Positions 20,074 through 31,327 are shown, counted from the stretch's first letter. The stretch is 64,000 nucleotides of DNA from an uncultured cyanobacterium (GCA_963710605.1 CAVQBA010000004.1:928001-992000), one strand, 5' to 3'. Translations and numbers: made by a program. The notes: generated from the letters alone by a model not told the origin.

Positions 20074-22035
20074 TTAGGCTGTTGTAGTTGTACGACGACG
20101 GCGAGTAAATTTATCGTCTAAATTAGGTTTAGAAACAGAAATAGATTCTTTTTGAATATTATTATGACTGTTTCCGTTACCGTTACCATTACCATTACCA
20201 TTACCATTACCATTGTTGTCACTGTAATGATTAGCAAATGATTGGTGATTACTTTCTGGGGCTTGTAAAATAAATAAGACTAAAGGATTACTTTGAAATT
20301 CCCTTTGAATCATACGGTTTAATGCTGTCTCTACTTCGATGCGAATATTATGCCAATTAATTGCATCACCGTCGTTTAAAAGAAGATTACTTTTAACTCG
20401 ATCGTTTATATTTCTTTCTACAGTACGATCGATTAAACGTTCTAAAGTACTGCTATCCATATTACAAACAACCCCTCGTAAATCAACTTGAGGCTTGCTT
20501 AATAAGTTACCACCCTCATCAACTGCACAAGCAATAGTAATAACACCATCTTCTGCTAATTGTTGACGCTCTTCCATTACATTGTCATGAACGACACCTG
20601 CGGTATCAACTAATTGTATTCCTGAAGGTACTTTTTCTCCTTTACGAATACTATTGGCAGTTAATTCGATCGTATCGCCATTATTCATAATAACAATATT
20701 TTCGGCAGGAATACCTACACTTTGAGCAGTTTGTGAGTGTTTAACCAACATACGATGCTCACCATGTACAGGTACTAAATATTTAGGACGAGCTAAGGAT
20801 AACATCAATTTGTGGTCTTCTTGGCAACCATGTCCAGATACGTGGACACCGTTTTGTTTACCGTAAATTACATTTGCACCTTGAATCATCAAGCGATCGA
20901 TTGTATTAACAACCCCGATGGTATTACCCGGAATTGGATTAGCTGAGAAAACAATCGTATCATTTTGACGGACTTTGATTTGTCTATGTTCACCACGAGA
21001 AATTCTCGTCATTGCCGCAAATTTTTCGCCTTGCGAGCCTGTACAAAGAATTAAGACTTCTTCATCTCTCAAGCTACCCAAATGCCTTAAAGGTAAAAAT
21101 ATATTATCAGGACATTTGATATAACCCAAATTACGGGCATGGGCAATTACGTTTAACATCGATCGCCCGACAACACCTACTTTACGTTTGTATTTCATCG
21201 CTAAATCGAGAATGATATTAATTCGATGAACAGATGTCGCAAATGTGGTTAGCATTACCCGTCCTGGTGCTTGAGATATGGCTTTATCTAGAGCAGGATA
21301 AACTGCTTTTTCTGATGGGGTAAAACCTTCTACTTCAGCATTAGTTGAGTCACCCATCATACACAAAACACCTTGTTGCCCTAACTCAGCTAGACGATGT
21401 AGGTCAAAATATTCTCCATCAACAGGGGTATAGTCTATTTTGTAATCTCCCGTATGAATTAAGACACCAATAGGGGTATGAATTGCGAGGGTAAAACTAT
21501 CTGCGATCGAGTGAGTGTTGCGAATAAACTCTACTTGAAAATGTTTACCAACTTTAACAACATCACGAGGACCTACTGTGTTAATATTGGTTTTCTCTAG
21601 TAAACCTGCCTCTTTTAACTTGTCTGTTAATAAAGACATTGCTAAACGAGGGCCATAAATCAGGGGTATATCTAGCTGTCTTAAATGATAAGGAATACCA
21701 CCAATATGATCTTCATGACCATGAGTTGCTATCATGGCTGTAATTTTATGATTGTTCTCCTTTACATAAGTCATGTCTGGTAAGACGATATTAATACCGT
21801 GCATACCATCAGTAGGAAAACCAATACCCGCATCTACTAAGATCATTTCGTCTTCGTATTCATAAATACAGGTATTTTTACCAATTTCGTGTAATCCACC
21901 TAAAGGTATTACTTTCACTTTTGGTTGATTATCATCAATCTTTGGCTCAATAATCGGGTTGATGCTTTCCGATTCATTAGTTGTTGTTGTTCTTCTTCTT
22001 CTGTCTTTAATTGTATATACTTTTTTATCTACCAT
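20074..22035 (-). CDS. rnj: Ribonuclease J
   Basis: PLGGLHEIGKN, THGHEDHIG, HTGDYK, GSQGE, HVSGHG, PVHGE. Confidence 0.95.
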   Translation of the reverse strand: MVDKKVYTIKDRRRRTTTTNESESINPIIEPKIDDNQPKVKVIPLGGLHEIGKNTCIYEYEDEMILVDAGIGFPTDGMHGINIVLPDMTYVKENNHKITAMIATHGHEDHIGGIPYHLRQLDIPLIYGPRLAMSLLTDKLKEAGLLEKTNINTVGPRDVVKVGKHFQVEFIRNTHSIADSFTLAIHTPIGVLIHTGDYKIDYTPVDGEYFDLHRLAELGQQGVLCMMGDSTNAEVEGFTPSEKAVYPALDKAISQAPGRVMLTTFATSVHRINIILDLAMKYKRKVGVVGRSMLNVIAHARNLGYIKCPDNIFLPLRHLGSLRDEEVLILCTGSQGEKFAAMTRISRGEHRQIKVRQNDTIVFSANPIPGNTIGVVNTIDRLMIQGANVIYGKQNGVHVSGHGCQEDHKLMLSLARPKYLVPVHGEHRMLVKHSQTAQSVGIPAENIVIMNNGDTIELTANSIRKGEKVPSGIQLVDTAGVVHDNVMEERQQLAEDGVITIACAVDEGGNLLSKPQVDLRGVVCNMDSSTLERLIDRTVERNINDRVKSNLLLNDGDAINWHNIRIEVETALNRMIQREFQSNPLVLFILQAPESNHQSFANHYSDNNGNGNGNGNGNGNGNSHNNIQKESISVSKPNLDDKFTRRRRTTTTA

Positions 22036-22835
22036 TTGTAGAATCTCTCCTTTGAAATATGATTATTGTTTGTTCGTTGTGATAAAACCAAAAGCTAGAA
22101 TAGATAGCTTAATTGATATTCAGGGCATTTTTTCTCGACAATAAAATGTCTTTATTTTCTGATTAAATTACTTATTTATTTTGCCCTAATTAGCTTATAG
22201 TTATCCTCAAACTTAATAATGTGATTAATTATTAATTATGTTTGATTGATTTGTTAGTTTATTTTAGCACTTGAGCATTAGCTTTTATGCTTAAACAATC
22301 AGTTATTTAGCTTTGATTTTCTTAGTTTTTAACTAATATCTTAATAACATATATTTTCGATTTTTACCTTTTTTTGTTTATCTAAATAGATAATCGCTCT
22401 AAAATTAAATAAAAATCTATTTTCAATGCTCATCAGACAATTCGTTTAGTTTTACTTTGCTCGAAATTACTATTTAACTACAAAAAATTTTTTTAAATTA
22501 GAATAATAATTAGATTTAGCCGTTTTAGTCAAACTGAATTTACAGTTTTTGATTAGCTTAGATTATTATTCAGCCAAAAAGATAATATCTTCTTTAAATT
22601 TAATATCCTTTTATTCTAGAATATTAATCTAAGAATTGACAATTATTAAAGTATTAACTTTAATTTTTTTGGTTTAATTATATTTAAGTTCAGCAAATAA
22701 ACTATTAATTTTTATTTTTATTTATTAGTAATTATTTCTTATTTATTATTCATTATTTTAACCTCAATAATTTATCTTAAATACGATCGCTAAAAAAATG
22801 TATCTTTTAGCGTAATTAGTAGCAAAAATATCATG

Positions 22836-23729
22836 CTATAATAACTCTAATTTTTTTAAAACTGCTTCTACTTCTTGTTGATGATTAGATTGAAGTGCAG
22901 TTAATGGTAATCTTAATTGACCAACATCCCATCCTTGTAGTTGTAGGGCATATTTAACTGGAATAGGATTGGTATCACAAAACAATACTTTAAATAAACT
23001 ATGCAATTTTTTTTGAATTGATTGAGCTTTGGTTATATCGCCATTAAAATAGGCTTGTATCATACTTTGCATTTGGTTACCGACGAGATGACTAGAAACA
23101 CTCACTACACCAATACAACCAACTGTCAGCATCGGTAAGGTCAAAAAGTCTTCCCCTGAGTAAATTAAAAAGTCTGTTGGTGCCAATATATTAATAGTTG
23201 CTGTTTGTTCTAAATCACCACTGGCTTCTTTTACTGCCACGATATTATCTACATCATGACCTAATTTAGCTGTAGTTTCTGGTTCTAAATTTCTACTCGT
23301 ACGTCCAGGTATATTATATAACATAAAAGGAATATCTGGGCAGGCAACTGCGATCGATTTAAAGTGTTGATAAAGTCCTTCTTGGGGTGGTTTATTGTAA
23401 TAGGGAACAACCTGTAATGAACCATCTACACCGATTTTAGCCGCTTTTTTCGTCTGTTCGATCGCATCAAGGGTAGAATTACTACCTGTACCCATAATTA
23501 TTTTGGCACGATCGCCCACCGCTTTTTTAACAACTTTGAGTAATTCGTATTTTTCGTGACTATTTAAAGCAGGAGACTCACCTGTTGTACCACAAATCAC
23601 TAAACCGTCACTACCATTATTAACTAAATGATCAGCTAATTTTTCGGCTACAGCATAATTAACTGATAAATCATCGTTAAAAGGTGTAACCATGGCGGTT
23701 AAAACTCGACCAAAAATATAATCACTCAT
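22836..23729 (-). CDS. dapA: 4-hydroxy-tetrahydrodipicolinate synthase
   Basis: TAMVTPF, GTTGES, YNIPGRT, VKEASG, NPIPVK. Confidence 0.96.
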   Translation of the reverse strand: MSDYIFGRVLTAMVTPFNDDLSVNYAVAEKLADHLVNNGSDGLVICGTTGESPALNSHEKYELLKVVKKAVGDRAKIIMGTGSNSTLDAIEQTKKAAKIGVDGSLQVVPYYNKPPQEGLYQHFKSIAVACPDIPFMLYNIPGRTSRNLEPETTAKLGHDVDNIVAVKEASGDLEQTATINILAPTDFLIYSGEDFLTLPMLTVGCIGVVSVSSHLVGNQMQSMIQAYFNGDITKAQSIQKKLHSLFKVLFCDTNPIPVKYALQLQGWDVGQLRLPLTALQSNHQQEVEAVLKKLELL

Positions 23730-23865
23730 TACAATCAATAAATATCAAATACCAAAAAGATGTTGTTAAAAAAAAGTGGCGTTGTGTTCAATATTCGTGC
23801 CTTAAAAAAAAGCATTGACTATCTACAATTGATTAAATATCGAGCTTTAATCTCCTAATTAGTTA

Positions 23866-24894
23866 TCAATTATTGGTTGTCAACAAGTTTTTATCAATTA
23901 ATAATTCAGCAATTTGGACTGCATTAAGTGCCGCACCTTTACGAATTTGATCACCACATAACCATAATTCTATACTATTGGGGTTAGATAAGTCTTGACG
24001 AATTCTACCTACTAAGACATCATCTTTACCTGTGGCATCGATTGGCATCGGAAAATAATTTTTTGACCAGTCTTCTAATAATGTAACACCATTGGCTTGA
24101 TCGATTGCAACTCTGGCTTCATCTAAATCAAATGGTTGAGAAAATTCTAGATTAATTGCTTCTGAATGAGCCCTTAAAACAGGCACTCTGATACAAGTTG
24201 CGGTAACACGTAATTCGGGAGTCGAGAATATTTTACGGGTTTCGTTAACCATTTTCATTTCTTCTTCACAATAACCGTTATCTAATAAAGGAGAATTATG
24301 AGGAAAAAGATTAAAAGCAAGAGGATAAGGTAAAATCTCAGGTTGAGGTGTTTCGCCGTTTAAAATTGCTTGAGCTTGATTTTTTACTTCCTCCATCGCC
24401 CTTGCACCCGCACCACTAGCTGATTGATAAGTAGAAACTACAACTCTCTCGATCGGTTGAATTTGATGTAAAGGATAGATAGCAACCCCCATTAAAATAG
24501 TTGTGCAATTGGGGTTAGCAATAATTCCTTGATGGTCTTTGACTGCTTCTGGATTAATTTCGGGTACAACCAAAGGAACGCTTTCGTCCATCCGAAAAGC
24601 ACTAGAGTTATCGATCATCACAGCACCAGAAGAAACGATCGTCTCCGCCCATTTTTTAGAAGTTGAACCACCAGCCGATGCGAGTACAATATCAATACCA
24701 TCAAAAGAATTCTCATCAACAGCTTCTACTTCAATTTCTTGATTTTTAAAAGCGATTTTTTTACCAGCCGAGCGAGGTGATGATAGCAGTTTCAATTGTT
24801 TGACAGGAAAGTTTCTTTCAATGAGGAGATTGATAAGTTCGGCACCAACTGCCCCTGTAGCACCTAAAATTGCGACATTAATTTGATTTGACAA
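23866..24894 (-). CDS. asd: Aspartate-semialdehyde dehydrogenase
   Basis: GATGAVG, DNSSAFR, ANPNCTT, RKGAALN. Confidence 0.96.
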   Translation of the reverse strand: MSNQINVAILGATGAVGAELINLLIERNFPVKQLKLLSSPRSAGKKIAFKNQEIEVEAVDENSFDGIDIVLASAGGSTSKKWAETIVSSGAVMIDNSSAFRMDESVPLVVPEINPEAVKDHQGIIANPNCTTILMGVAIYPLHQIQPIERVVVSTYQSASGAGARAMEEVKNQAQAILNGETPQPEILPYPLAFNLFPHNSPLLDNGYCEEEMKMVNETRKIFSTPELRVTATCIRVPVLRAHSEAINLEFSQPFDLDEARVAIDQANGVTLLEDWSKNYFPMPIDATGKDDVLVGRIRQDLSNPNSIELWLCGDQIRKGAALNAVQIAELLIDKNLLTTNN

Positions 24895-25044
24895 TATTTT
24901 TCCTCCTTTGTTACTTTAAATAGAATAGAAATTATTTGATCTATTTGTATCTAGTTTAGTGTTATATTTTATCGCTTATTCTCAACAAAGTAACATAAGT
25001 CAAAAGGGCACTCGTGCAAAGGTAATTTTAAAAATAGCTTGAAC

Positions 25045-25326
25045 TATAGCGTCTCCCGTCTTTATGAGGTACAGTTTATATTTGTAAGTCCCCTAGAAGG
25101 AAGAGCGATTCATTCTTATAATTTCTACAAATAAGAAATAGTAATAAATGTAGCTGTTTTTTCCTAATAATAAAAATATAATGTGACCAAATCGATCGAT
25201 CGTTTTGTAGTAATAGCTTCTAGCTATTTACGGCTAACAAGAATGAAACAGCCCTGCCTTACAAAGGGGGCAAGGGGGATTGGTAGGGGGATTGATATGT
25301 AATTCATAATACTAATAATTGCTATA
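25045..25326 (-). mobile_element. TATAGC...GCTATA mini element, long variant with internal insertion
   Basis: TATAGCGTCTCCC..GAGGTACA end and AAGGGGG..GGGGGATT core, reverse orientation relative to the 50405 copy. Confidence 0.55.
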
Positions 25327-25511
25327 TTAACTATCCACTTTTATCGTGATTATTGTTGATTATTCACGATCGAGCTAGAATATAGTCTTACTTATAATCA
25401 ACTAAATTTTTTGATAACTTGGAAACCATTATTTCAATGATTCCTTCCCTTGAGATAAGTTATTATCTTGAGTACAAAAAAACTGTTTGATTTTTAGTCT
25501 ATCAATAAAAA

Positions 25512-26267
25512 ATGAATGTCAAACAAAGTTTAATCGAACTACCCTCGAATTTAAAAAGACAAAGTATGCCTAATCATGTCGCAGTTATCATGGATGGTAA
25601 CGGACGTTGGGCAAAAAACCGTGGTTTACCCAGAATCGTCGGGCATCAAAGAGGAGTGGATACACTCAAAAATCTTTTGCGTTGTTGCGATGATTGGGGT
25701 ATCAAATCATTAACTGCCTATGCTTTTTCCACCGAAAATTGGTGCCGCCCGATTAATGAAGTAGAATTTTTAATGACTTTATTTGAAAGAGTTTTGCGTC
25801 GAGAATTAGCTGATATGATGAGAGAAAACGTCAAAATACGCTTTGTGGGTAATTTGATGGGTTTACCTCAATCTCTACAAAAAGAGATAGCTTACTCGAT
25901 GGAAAAAACGAGTCACAATAAAGGTATAGAATTTAATGTTGCCACTAATTATGGTGGTCGTCAAGAAATACTTCATGCTTGCCGTAGTATTGCTAATCAG
26001 CTTAAAAATGGAGAAATAGATTTCGATGATATTGATGAAAAATTATTTGAAAATCATCTTTATACCAATGGTTTAACTTCTCCTGATTTATTGATTCGTA
26101 CTAGTGGCGAAATGCGTTTGAGTAATTTTTTGCTCTGGCAAATGGCTTATAGTGAAATATATGTCACCAATGCTTTTTGGCCAGATTTTAATCGTGAAGA
26201 ATTTCATCAGGCTTTGTTAAGTTATCAACAACGTGATCGTCGTTTTGGTAAACTAAATGGAGAATGA
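25512..26267 (+). CDS. uppS: Isoprenyl transferase (undecaprenyl diphosphate synthase)
   Basis: [35 protein letters not shown]. Confidence 0.95.
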   Translation: MNVKQSLIELPSNLKRQSMPNHVAVIMDGNGRWAKNRGLPRIVGHQRGVDTLKNLLRCCDDWGIKSLTAYAFSTENWCRPINEVEFLMTLFERVLRRELADMMRENVKIRFVGNLMGLPQSLQKEIAYSMEKTSHNKGIEFNVATNYGGRQEILHACRSIANQLKNGEIDFDDIDEKLFENHLYTNGLTSPDLLIRTSGEMRLSNFLLWQMAYSEIYVTNAFWPDFNREEFHQALLSYQQRDRRFGKLNGE

Positions 26268-26306
26268 TTAAATCAATCTCACTATTAATTGTTAATTTCT
26301 CCTTTT

Positions 26307-26981
26307 ATGGCATTAGCAGATCAAATATACGTATGGCGACAATTTGCAAATATTGACGGAGTATATCAACATCACGGCATAGATATGGGTGATGGCGGTG
26401 TAATTCATTATCGTAAACCGAGCGAAGTAGTGGAGTTAACTTCATTGGAAACTTTCAGTAGAGGAAATAAGGTTTATGTGCGTCAATATCCCCAAGGTTT
26501 TTGTTTTTTACCTGAAGTTGTCACTAAGAGGGCAACAAGTCGCCTCGGAGAAAATAAATATAATTTATTATTTAATAACTGTGAACATTTCGCTGCATGG
26601 TGTAAAACAGGTATTAGTGAAAGTAAACAAGTTGTCGAGTTTCTTCCCGCCATAGATAAGTTAGATGCTTATGGTTTGTTTAATCCCCTCAAAACAGCTT
26701 TTGCCAATGTTGACACGAAACAAAGTAATAATTTAATTGATGAAGCTTTAAACCGTATTCGGGTAGTTTGGGATGATATTCAACCACAATATACTAAAGC
26801 ATTAGCTGAAATAGATACATGGCAAAAAGTTGCTTTTAAGGCTTTGGAAAAAAATCGAGAAGATTTAGCAAAAGAAGCAATTAAAAAGAAACAAGCAGAA
26901 GAGAAAAAAGCTAAGAAACTAGAAAAGGAATTAGAAAAATTAGCTTTAATGACAGAGAATTTGTTACAAAATCATCCTTGA
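26307..26981 (+). CDS. LRAT/NC-domain protein with C-terminal PspA-like coiled coil
   Basis: YQHHGID.GDG.VIH, Y.LLFNNCEHFA.WC; A..AL...REDLAKEA. Confidence 0.8.
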   Translation: MALADQIYVWRQFANIDGVYQHHGIDMGDGGVIHYRKPSEVVELTSLETFSRGNKVYVRQYPQGFCFLPEVVTKRATSRLGENKYNLLFNNCEHFAAWCKTGISESKQVVEFLPAIDKLDAYGLFNPLKTAFANVDTKQSNNLIDEALNRIRVVWDDIQPQYTKALAEIDTWQKVAFKALEKNREDLAKEAIKKKQAEEKKAKKLEKELEKLALMTENLLQNHP

Positions 26982-27022
26982 TAATGAATAATTACTTTTT
27001 TTAAAAAGATTTGGTAAATTTT

Positions 27023-27190
27023 GTAGCTTGGGTTGAAGCCTCAAAACTTGTAATATATAAACAATACATGAGAGAAGCAAAACCCAACAAACAACGTTCA
27101 AAATACCAACAAGGTTGGTGATGGGTTACGGCATTCGTTATTAATAAATTGATTGAAGTTGATCATAAATAGAGCTATTTCCTATCCTAC
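27023..27190 (+). repeat. REPIN-like element copy 1 (GTAG.TTGGGTT..AACCCAAC / GATGGGTTACGGC..ATCCTAC)
   Basis: Two nested palindromes with GTAG...CTAC ends; homologous to the 27333 and 31328 copies. Confidence 0.7.
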
Positions 27191-27332
27191 AAAAGCTCGA
27201 TTGTACTTATTTACCCAATCGTTATCGGAAAGTGAATCTTGAAATAGATTTAGAATCAGGCAGAAAAGCAATAATCGATTGACAACAATGGATAATTAAC
27301 AATTGATAATGATTTACCACGATTGTCTCTCT

Positions 27333-27502
27333 GTAGGTTGGGTTAAGCCTCCAAAGAATAGATATACATTACGATACATACAATAAAAGCGAAAACCAAC
27401 AACCAACGTTAAATCAACACAACTTAATCAATGATGGGTTACGGCTAGATTATTGATGAATGTATTAAAGTCGATAATGGATAATTGCCTAACCCATCCT
27501 AC
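27333..27502 (+). repeat. REPIN-like element copy 2
   Basis: GTAGGTTGGGTTAAGC...GCCTAACCCATCCTAC. Confidence 0.75.
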
Positions 27503-27808
27503 GACTTTCGGGGCAGAAAATGATGATTATGCAATTACTCTTTATAATAATTCGTAATAATTCTTATAAATTACATATTAGTTAAAGGGATAGAAGTTAA
27601 ACAGAGTTTTTTTAAGAAAAGATTTTTTACAGGCTTTATCATCACGATTTTGACAATCAATTTATCTGCCCATAAATTTTCTTTTAATTATTCAATATCA
27701 GCAAAACTTTGTTTAATTTCTAATTCGCCAAATCAGGATTCAGCTCATCGCCTTGTCTAGTTGCTGAGTGCTTTTTGTCGGCATCTTTATCCTTTAATTC
27801 TCCTGTTG

Positions 27809-30085
27809 TTACTTATTACTAATTTCTTGTTGGATTAAAATCAGTATTTCTTGAGATTTTTGATAACCTGCCTCATTTTTTTGCTGACGATATAATTGAG
27901 CCGCTTTTTCTACATTTTGAATTGCATTAGTGTATTCTCCTATCAAAGCAAAAGTAATACCGCGATTGTAGTAGGCAGTTGCATCATCGGGATTAATGGC
28001 GATGGCACGATCGAAACTTTCCACCGCTTCCTCATATTCTCCCAACTTGTTGTAAGCAAAACCGCGATTGTAATAGGCATCTGCATATTCTGGATTAATG
28101 GCGATGGCACGATCGTAACTATCAACTGCTTTAGAATATTCTCCTAAGTTACCGTAAGCAATACCGCGATAGTTGTAGGCAGATGCGTATTCGGGATTAA
28201 TGGCGATGGCACGATCGAAATCTGACACCGCTTTATAATATTCTCCTAACTCATCGTAAGCAATACCGCGATTGTAGTAGGCTTTTGCGTATTCGGGATT
28301 AATAGCGATGGCACGATCGTAACTATCAACTGCTTTATAATATTCTCCTAAGTCACCGTAAGCATTACCGCGATTGTTGTAGGCTTTTGCGTATTCGGGA
28401 TTAATGGCGATGGCACGATCGTAACTATCCACTGCTTTATAATATTCTCCTAAGTTACCGTAAGCAATACCGCGATAGTTGTAGGCATCTGCGTATTCGG
28501 GATTAATAGCGATGGCACGATCGTAACTATCCACTGCTTTATAATATTCTCCTAAGTTATAGTAAGCAATACCGCGATTGTAGTAGGCATATGCGTATTC
28601 GGGATTAATAGCGATGGCACGATCGTAACTATCAACCTCTTTATAATATTCTTTTAAGTTACCGTAAGCAAAACCGCGACCGTAGTAGGCATATGCGTAT
28701 TCGGGATTAATAGCGATGGCACGATCGTAACTATCCACTGCTTTGTAATATTCTCCTAACTCATCGTAAGCAATACCGCGATAGTTGTAGGCATCTGCGT
28801 ATTCTGGATTAATAGCGATGGCACGATCATAATCTGACACTGCTTTATAATATTCTCCTAAGTTAAGGTAAGCATTATCGCGATCGTAGTAGGTATCTGC
28901 ATCATCGGGATTAATAGCGATGGCTTTGTTATAATCAGCGATCGCTTTTTCGTATTCTTTTAATTCTGAGTAGAGATTCCCTCGACTGTAGTATGCGTTT
29001 GCATCTTCAGGGTCAAGTTCGATCGCTTTGTTATAATCAGCGATCGCTTTTTCGTATTCTTTTAGTTCAGAGTAGAGAGCCGCTCGAAAGACGTATGCAA
29101 ATGCTAATTCAGGGTTAAGTTCGATTGGTTTGCTATAATCAGCGATCGCTTTTTCGTATTCTTTTAATTCTGAGTAGAGATCCCCTCGACTGTAGTATGC
29201 GTTTGCATCTTCAGGGTCAAGTTCGATTGGTTTGCTATAATCAGCGATCGCTTTTTCGTATTCTTTTAATTCTGAGTAGAGATCCCCTCGACTGTAGTAT
29301 GCGTTTGCATCTTCAGGGTCAAGTTCGATCGCTTTGTTATAATCAGCGAGAGCTTTTTCGTATTCTTTTAATAGAGAGTAGAGATTCCCTCGACTGTAGT
29401 ATGCGTTTGCATCTTCAGGGTCAAGTTCGATTAATTTGCTATAATCAGCGATCGCTTTTTCGTATTCTTTTAATCCTGAGTAGAGATACCCTCGAACTAA
29501 GTATGCGTTTGCATTTTCAGGGTCAAGTTCGATTAATTTGCTATAATCAGCGATCGCTTTTTCGTATTCTTTTAATCCTGAGTAGAGATACCCTCGAACT
29601 AAGTATGCGTTTGCATTTTCAGGGTCAAGTTCGATTAATTTGCTATAATCAGCGATCGCTTTTTCGTCCTCTTGTAATTCTGAGTAGAGATTCCCTATCC
29701 AGAATAATCCGCTTGCTAATTTAGGGTCAAGTTCGATTAATTTGCTATAATCAGCGATCACTTTTCCGTACTCTTGTAATTCAGAGTAGAGAATCCCTCG
29801 AAAGAAGTATGCTTCAACATTTTCAGGGTCAAGTTCGATCGCTTTGCTAACTGCTGATAATGCTAATTCTGTCTTTCCCCTTTGCCATAATCGGTTGGCG
29901 TAATCTAGCCAATCTTTGGCGTTATCGTTTTCTGGTGGCGATAATTCTTCTAATGAGTCTTGTGTTTGTGCTTGTTCTACTGCCGTTAAGGTAGGTAATG
30001 AATCTGTTTTCGCATAAAGATTAGGGGCTATCGAGGTAACGGTCAATGCAGTTAAAATAGAGGTTAAAATTAGTTTTGATTTCAT
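27809..30085 (-). CDS. Secreted TPR protein with ~19 tandem near-identical 34-aa (102-bp) repeats in two blocks
   Basis: Signal peptide; nine AY..RG.LY..LKEYEKAIADY.K.IELDPE units, then ten AY..RG.AY..LGEYYKAV..YDRAIAINPE units. Confidence 0.93.
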   Translation of the reverse strand: MKSKLILTSILTALTVTSIAPNLYAKTDSLPTLTAVEQAQTQDSLEELSPPENDNAKDWLDYANRLWQRGKTELALSAVSKAIELDPENVEAYFFRGILYSELQEYGKVIADYSKLIELDPKLASGLFWIGNLYSELQEDEKAIADYSKLIELDPENANAYLVRGYLYSGLKEYEKAIADYSKLIELDPENANAYLVRGYLYSGLKEYEKAIADYSKLIELDPEDANAYYSRGNLYSLLKEYEKALADYNKAIELDPEDANAYYSRGDLYSELKEYEKAIADYSKPIELDPEDANAYYSRGDLYSELKEYEKAIADYSKPIELNPELAFAYVFRAALYSELKEYEKAIADYNKAIELDPEDANAYYSRGNLYSELKEYEKAIADYNKAIAINPDDADTYYDRDNAYLNLGEYYKAVSDYDRAIAINPEYADAYNYRGIAYDELGEYYKAVDSYDRAIAINPEYAYAYYGRGFAYGNLKEYYKEVDSYDRAIAINPEYAYAYYNRGIAYYNLGEYYKAVDSYDRAIAINPEYADAYNYRGIAYGNLGEYYKAVDSYDRAIAINPEYAKAYNNRGNAYGDLGEYYKAVDSYDRAIAINPEYAKAYYNRGIAYDELGEYYKAVSDFDRAIAINPEYASAYNYRGIAYGNLGEYSKAVDSYDRAIAINPEYADAYYNRGFAYNKLGEYEEAVESFDRAIAINPDDATAYYNRGITFALIGEYTNAIQNVEKAAQLYRQQKNEAGYQKSQEILILIQQEISNK

Positions 30086-30441
30086 GGTTGTTTATCACTT
30101 ATTTGATTCTCATGTCAAATTCTTTTGATTTTTGTCTAAATTATTTTACAAGTATTATAAATAACTAACTTGCAAAATAAATACTTTGTGTCCACATTCG
30201 TTTATTTTTTATCGGGGCAATTTTTTTATTTATGTATTTATTGTTCTTTGTTAATCAATTTAAGTAAAATCAAAGATACAGCAGAATTACAAAAATAAGT
30301 AAATACTCAAAGAAAATACAGATTGTCATCAAGAATTAACAATATATCCGTATCCTGAAGCTAAAGAACCTTGATTAATTTTCTATTTGTTATTTTGCTA
30401 TAATTTTGACGATCGATAAATCAATTATTTGTCTTTTTTTA

Positions 30442-30840
30442 ATGAGCCAATTTCCTCATGATGACTTTGTTAAAGAATATTTACCCGAACTAATCTCAAA
30501 ATACGGAACAGTTTCTTCAGGTAAAAAAATAGCCTCTCAAACTTTCATATATTGATGTCTTTTTTCAACCCGATAAGACAAAAATAAATAATATAGCGTT
30601 TCCCACATTTATGAGCTACAGTTTATATTGACAAGTCCCCCGTGGGCAAGGGGGATTCAGGGGGATCGTTCTGTATTTTATAAGTATGACAATTGCTATA
30701 AGTCTAACTATTTGGGTTTATTGAGCAAACTACTAAATATAACTTAGTTGTTTGAAGTCTATAGAAATTCGGTTAAAACTCAGCAAATTAATGAATGTAT
30801 TGGTAAATTAGTCGATTTCAAAACATTACTAAATCGGTAA
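30442..30840 (+). pseudogene. Degraded member of a common cyanobacterial hypothetical family (MSQFPHDDFVKEYL...IDVFFQP...LGLL...FEVYRN...CIGKL), interrupted by a mini element
   Basis: Manual translation shows a frameshift, an internal stop and the 30592-30700 insertion. Confidence 0.55.
30592..30700 (-). mobile_element. TATAGC...GCTATA mini element (109 bp)
   Basis: Reverse-complement homolog of 50405-50513. Confidence 0.7.
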
Positions 30841-30849
30841 TCTATATCT

Positions 30850-31320
30850 AGTCTGATTACTTCATCCGAGCAACAAATCGGTGATTTCTCAGGGCGAAAA
30901 ATAGTTTATTTGACAGAAGATGGAAATGCAGAAAAACAAGTAGAAATTAATTTTACAATTTTCGATGGGAAAGTTTATATTGTTAGAATTACTACAGCCA
31001 ATTTCGGTCAACCAGTAAAAAAAGAAATTACTAATAGAATTCTTGATTCATTTACGTTTACTGCTACCCACTACAATCAACGTAATGCACACTATGATTT
31101 GGAAGAATATCAATTAGCAATTGATGATTATGATAAAGCGATCGCTCTAAATTCCGATTATACTGATGCCTACAATAATCGTGGTCTTAGCTACTATAAT
31201 TTAAAAGAAGATCAAAGTGCGATCGATAATTATGACAAAGCAATCGCTCTAAATCCTGATTATACTGATGCCTACAATAATGAAAAAATAGGTAATTTTC
31301 TTATTAAGTGCGATTGCTAG
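30850..31320 (+). pseudogene. Mosaic remnant: PsbP/DcrB-like C-terminal fragment fused to about two TPR repeats, no clear start
   Basis: GKVYIV.IT......ILDSFTF followed by YDKAIALN.DYTDAYNNRG. Confidence 0.5.
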
Positions 31321-31327
31321 TAAGCTA

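Noticed and set aside
27023-27502. Palindromic repeats as a mini CRISPR array
   Set aside because: Repeats are degenerate with homologous 'spacers' and REP-like GTAG/CTAC ends
29125-29724. 199-aa plus-strand repetitive ORF (also 27896-28147 and 27943-28125)
   Set aside because: Shadow frames created by the TPR repeat periodicity
27900-29850. 102-bp tandem repeats as a CRISPR array or DGR template/variable repeats
   Set aside because: Units are contiguous in-frame TPR codons with no repeat-spacer layout; there is no cas or reverse transcriptase gene, and variation is not obviously adenine-restricted
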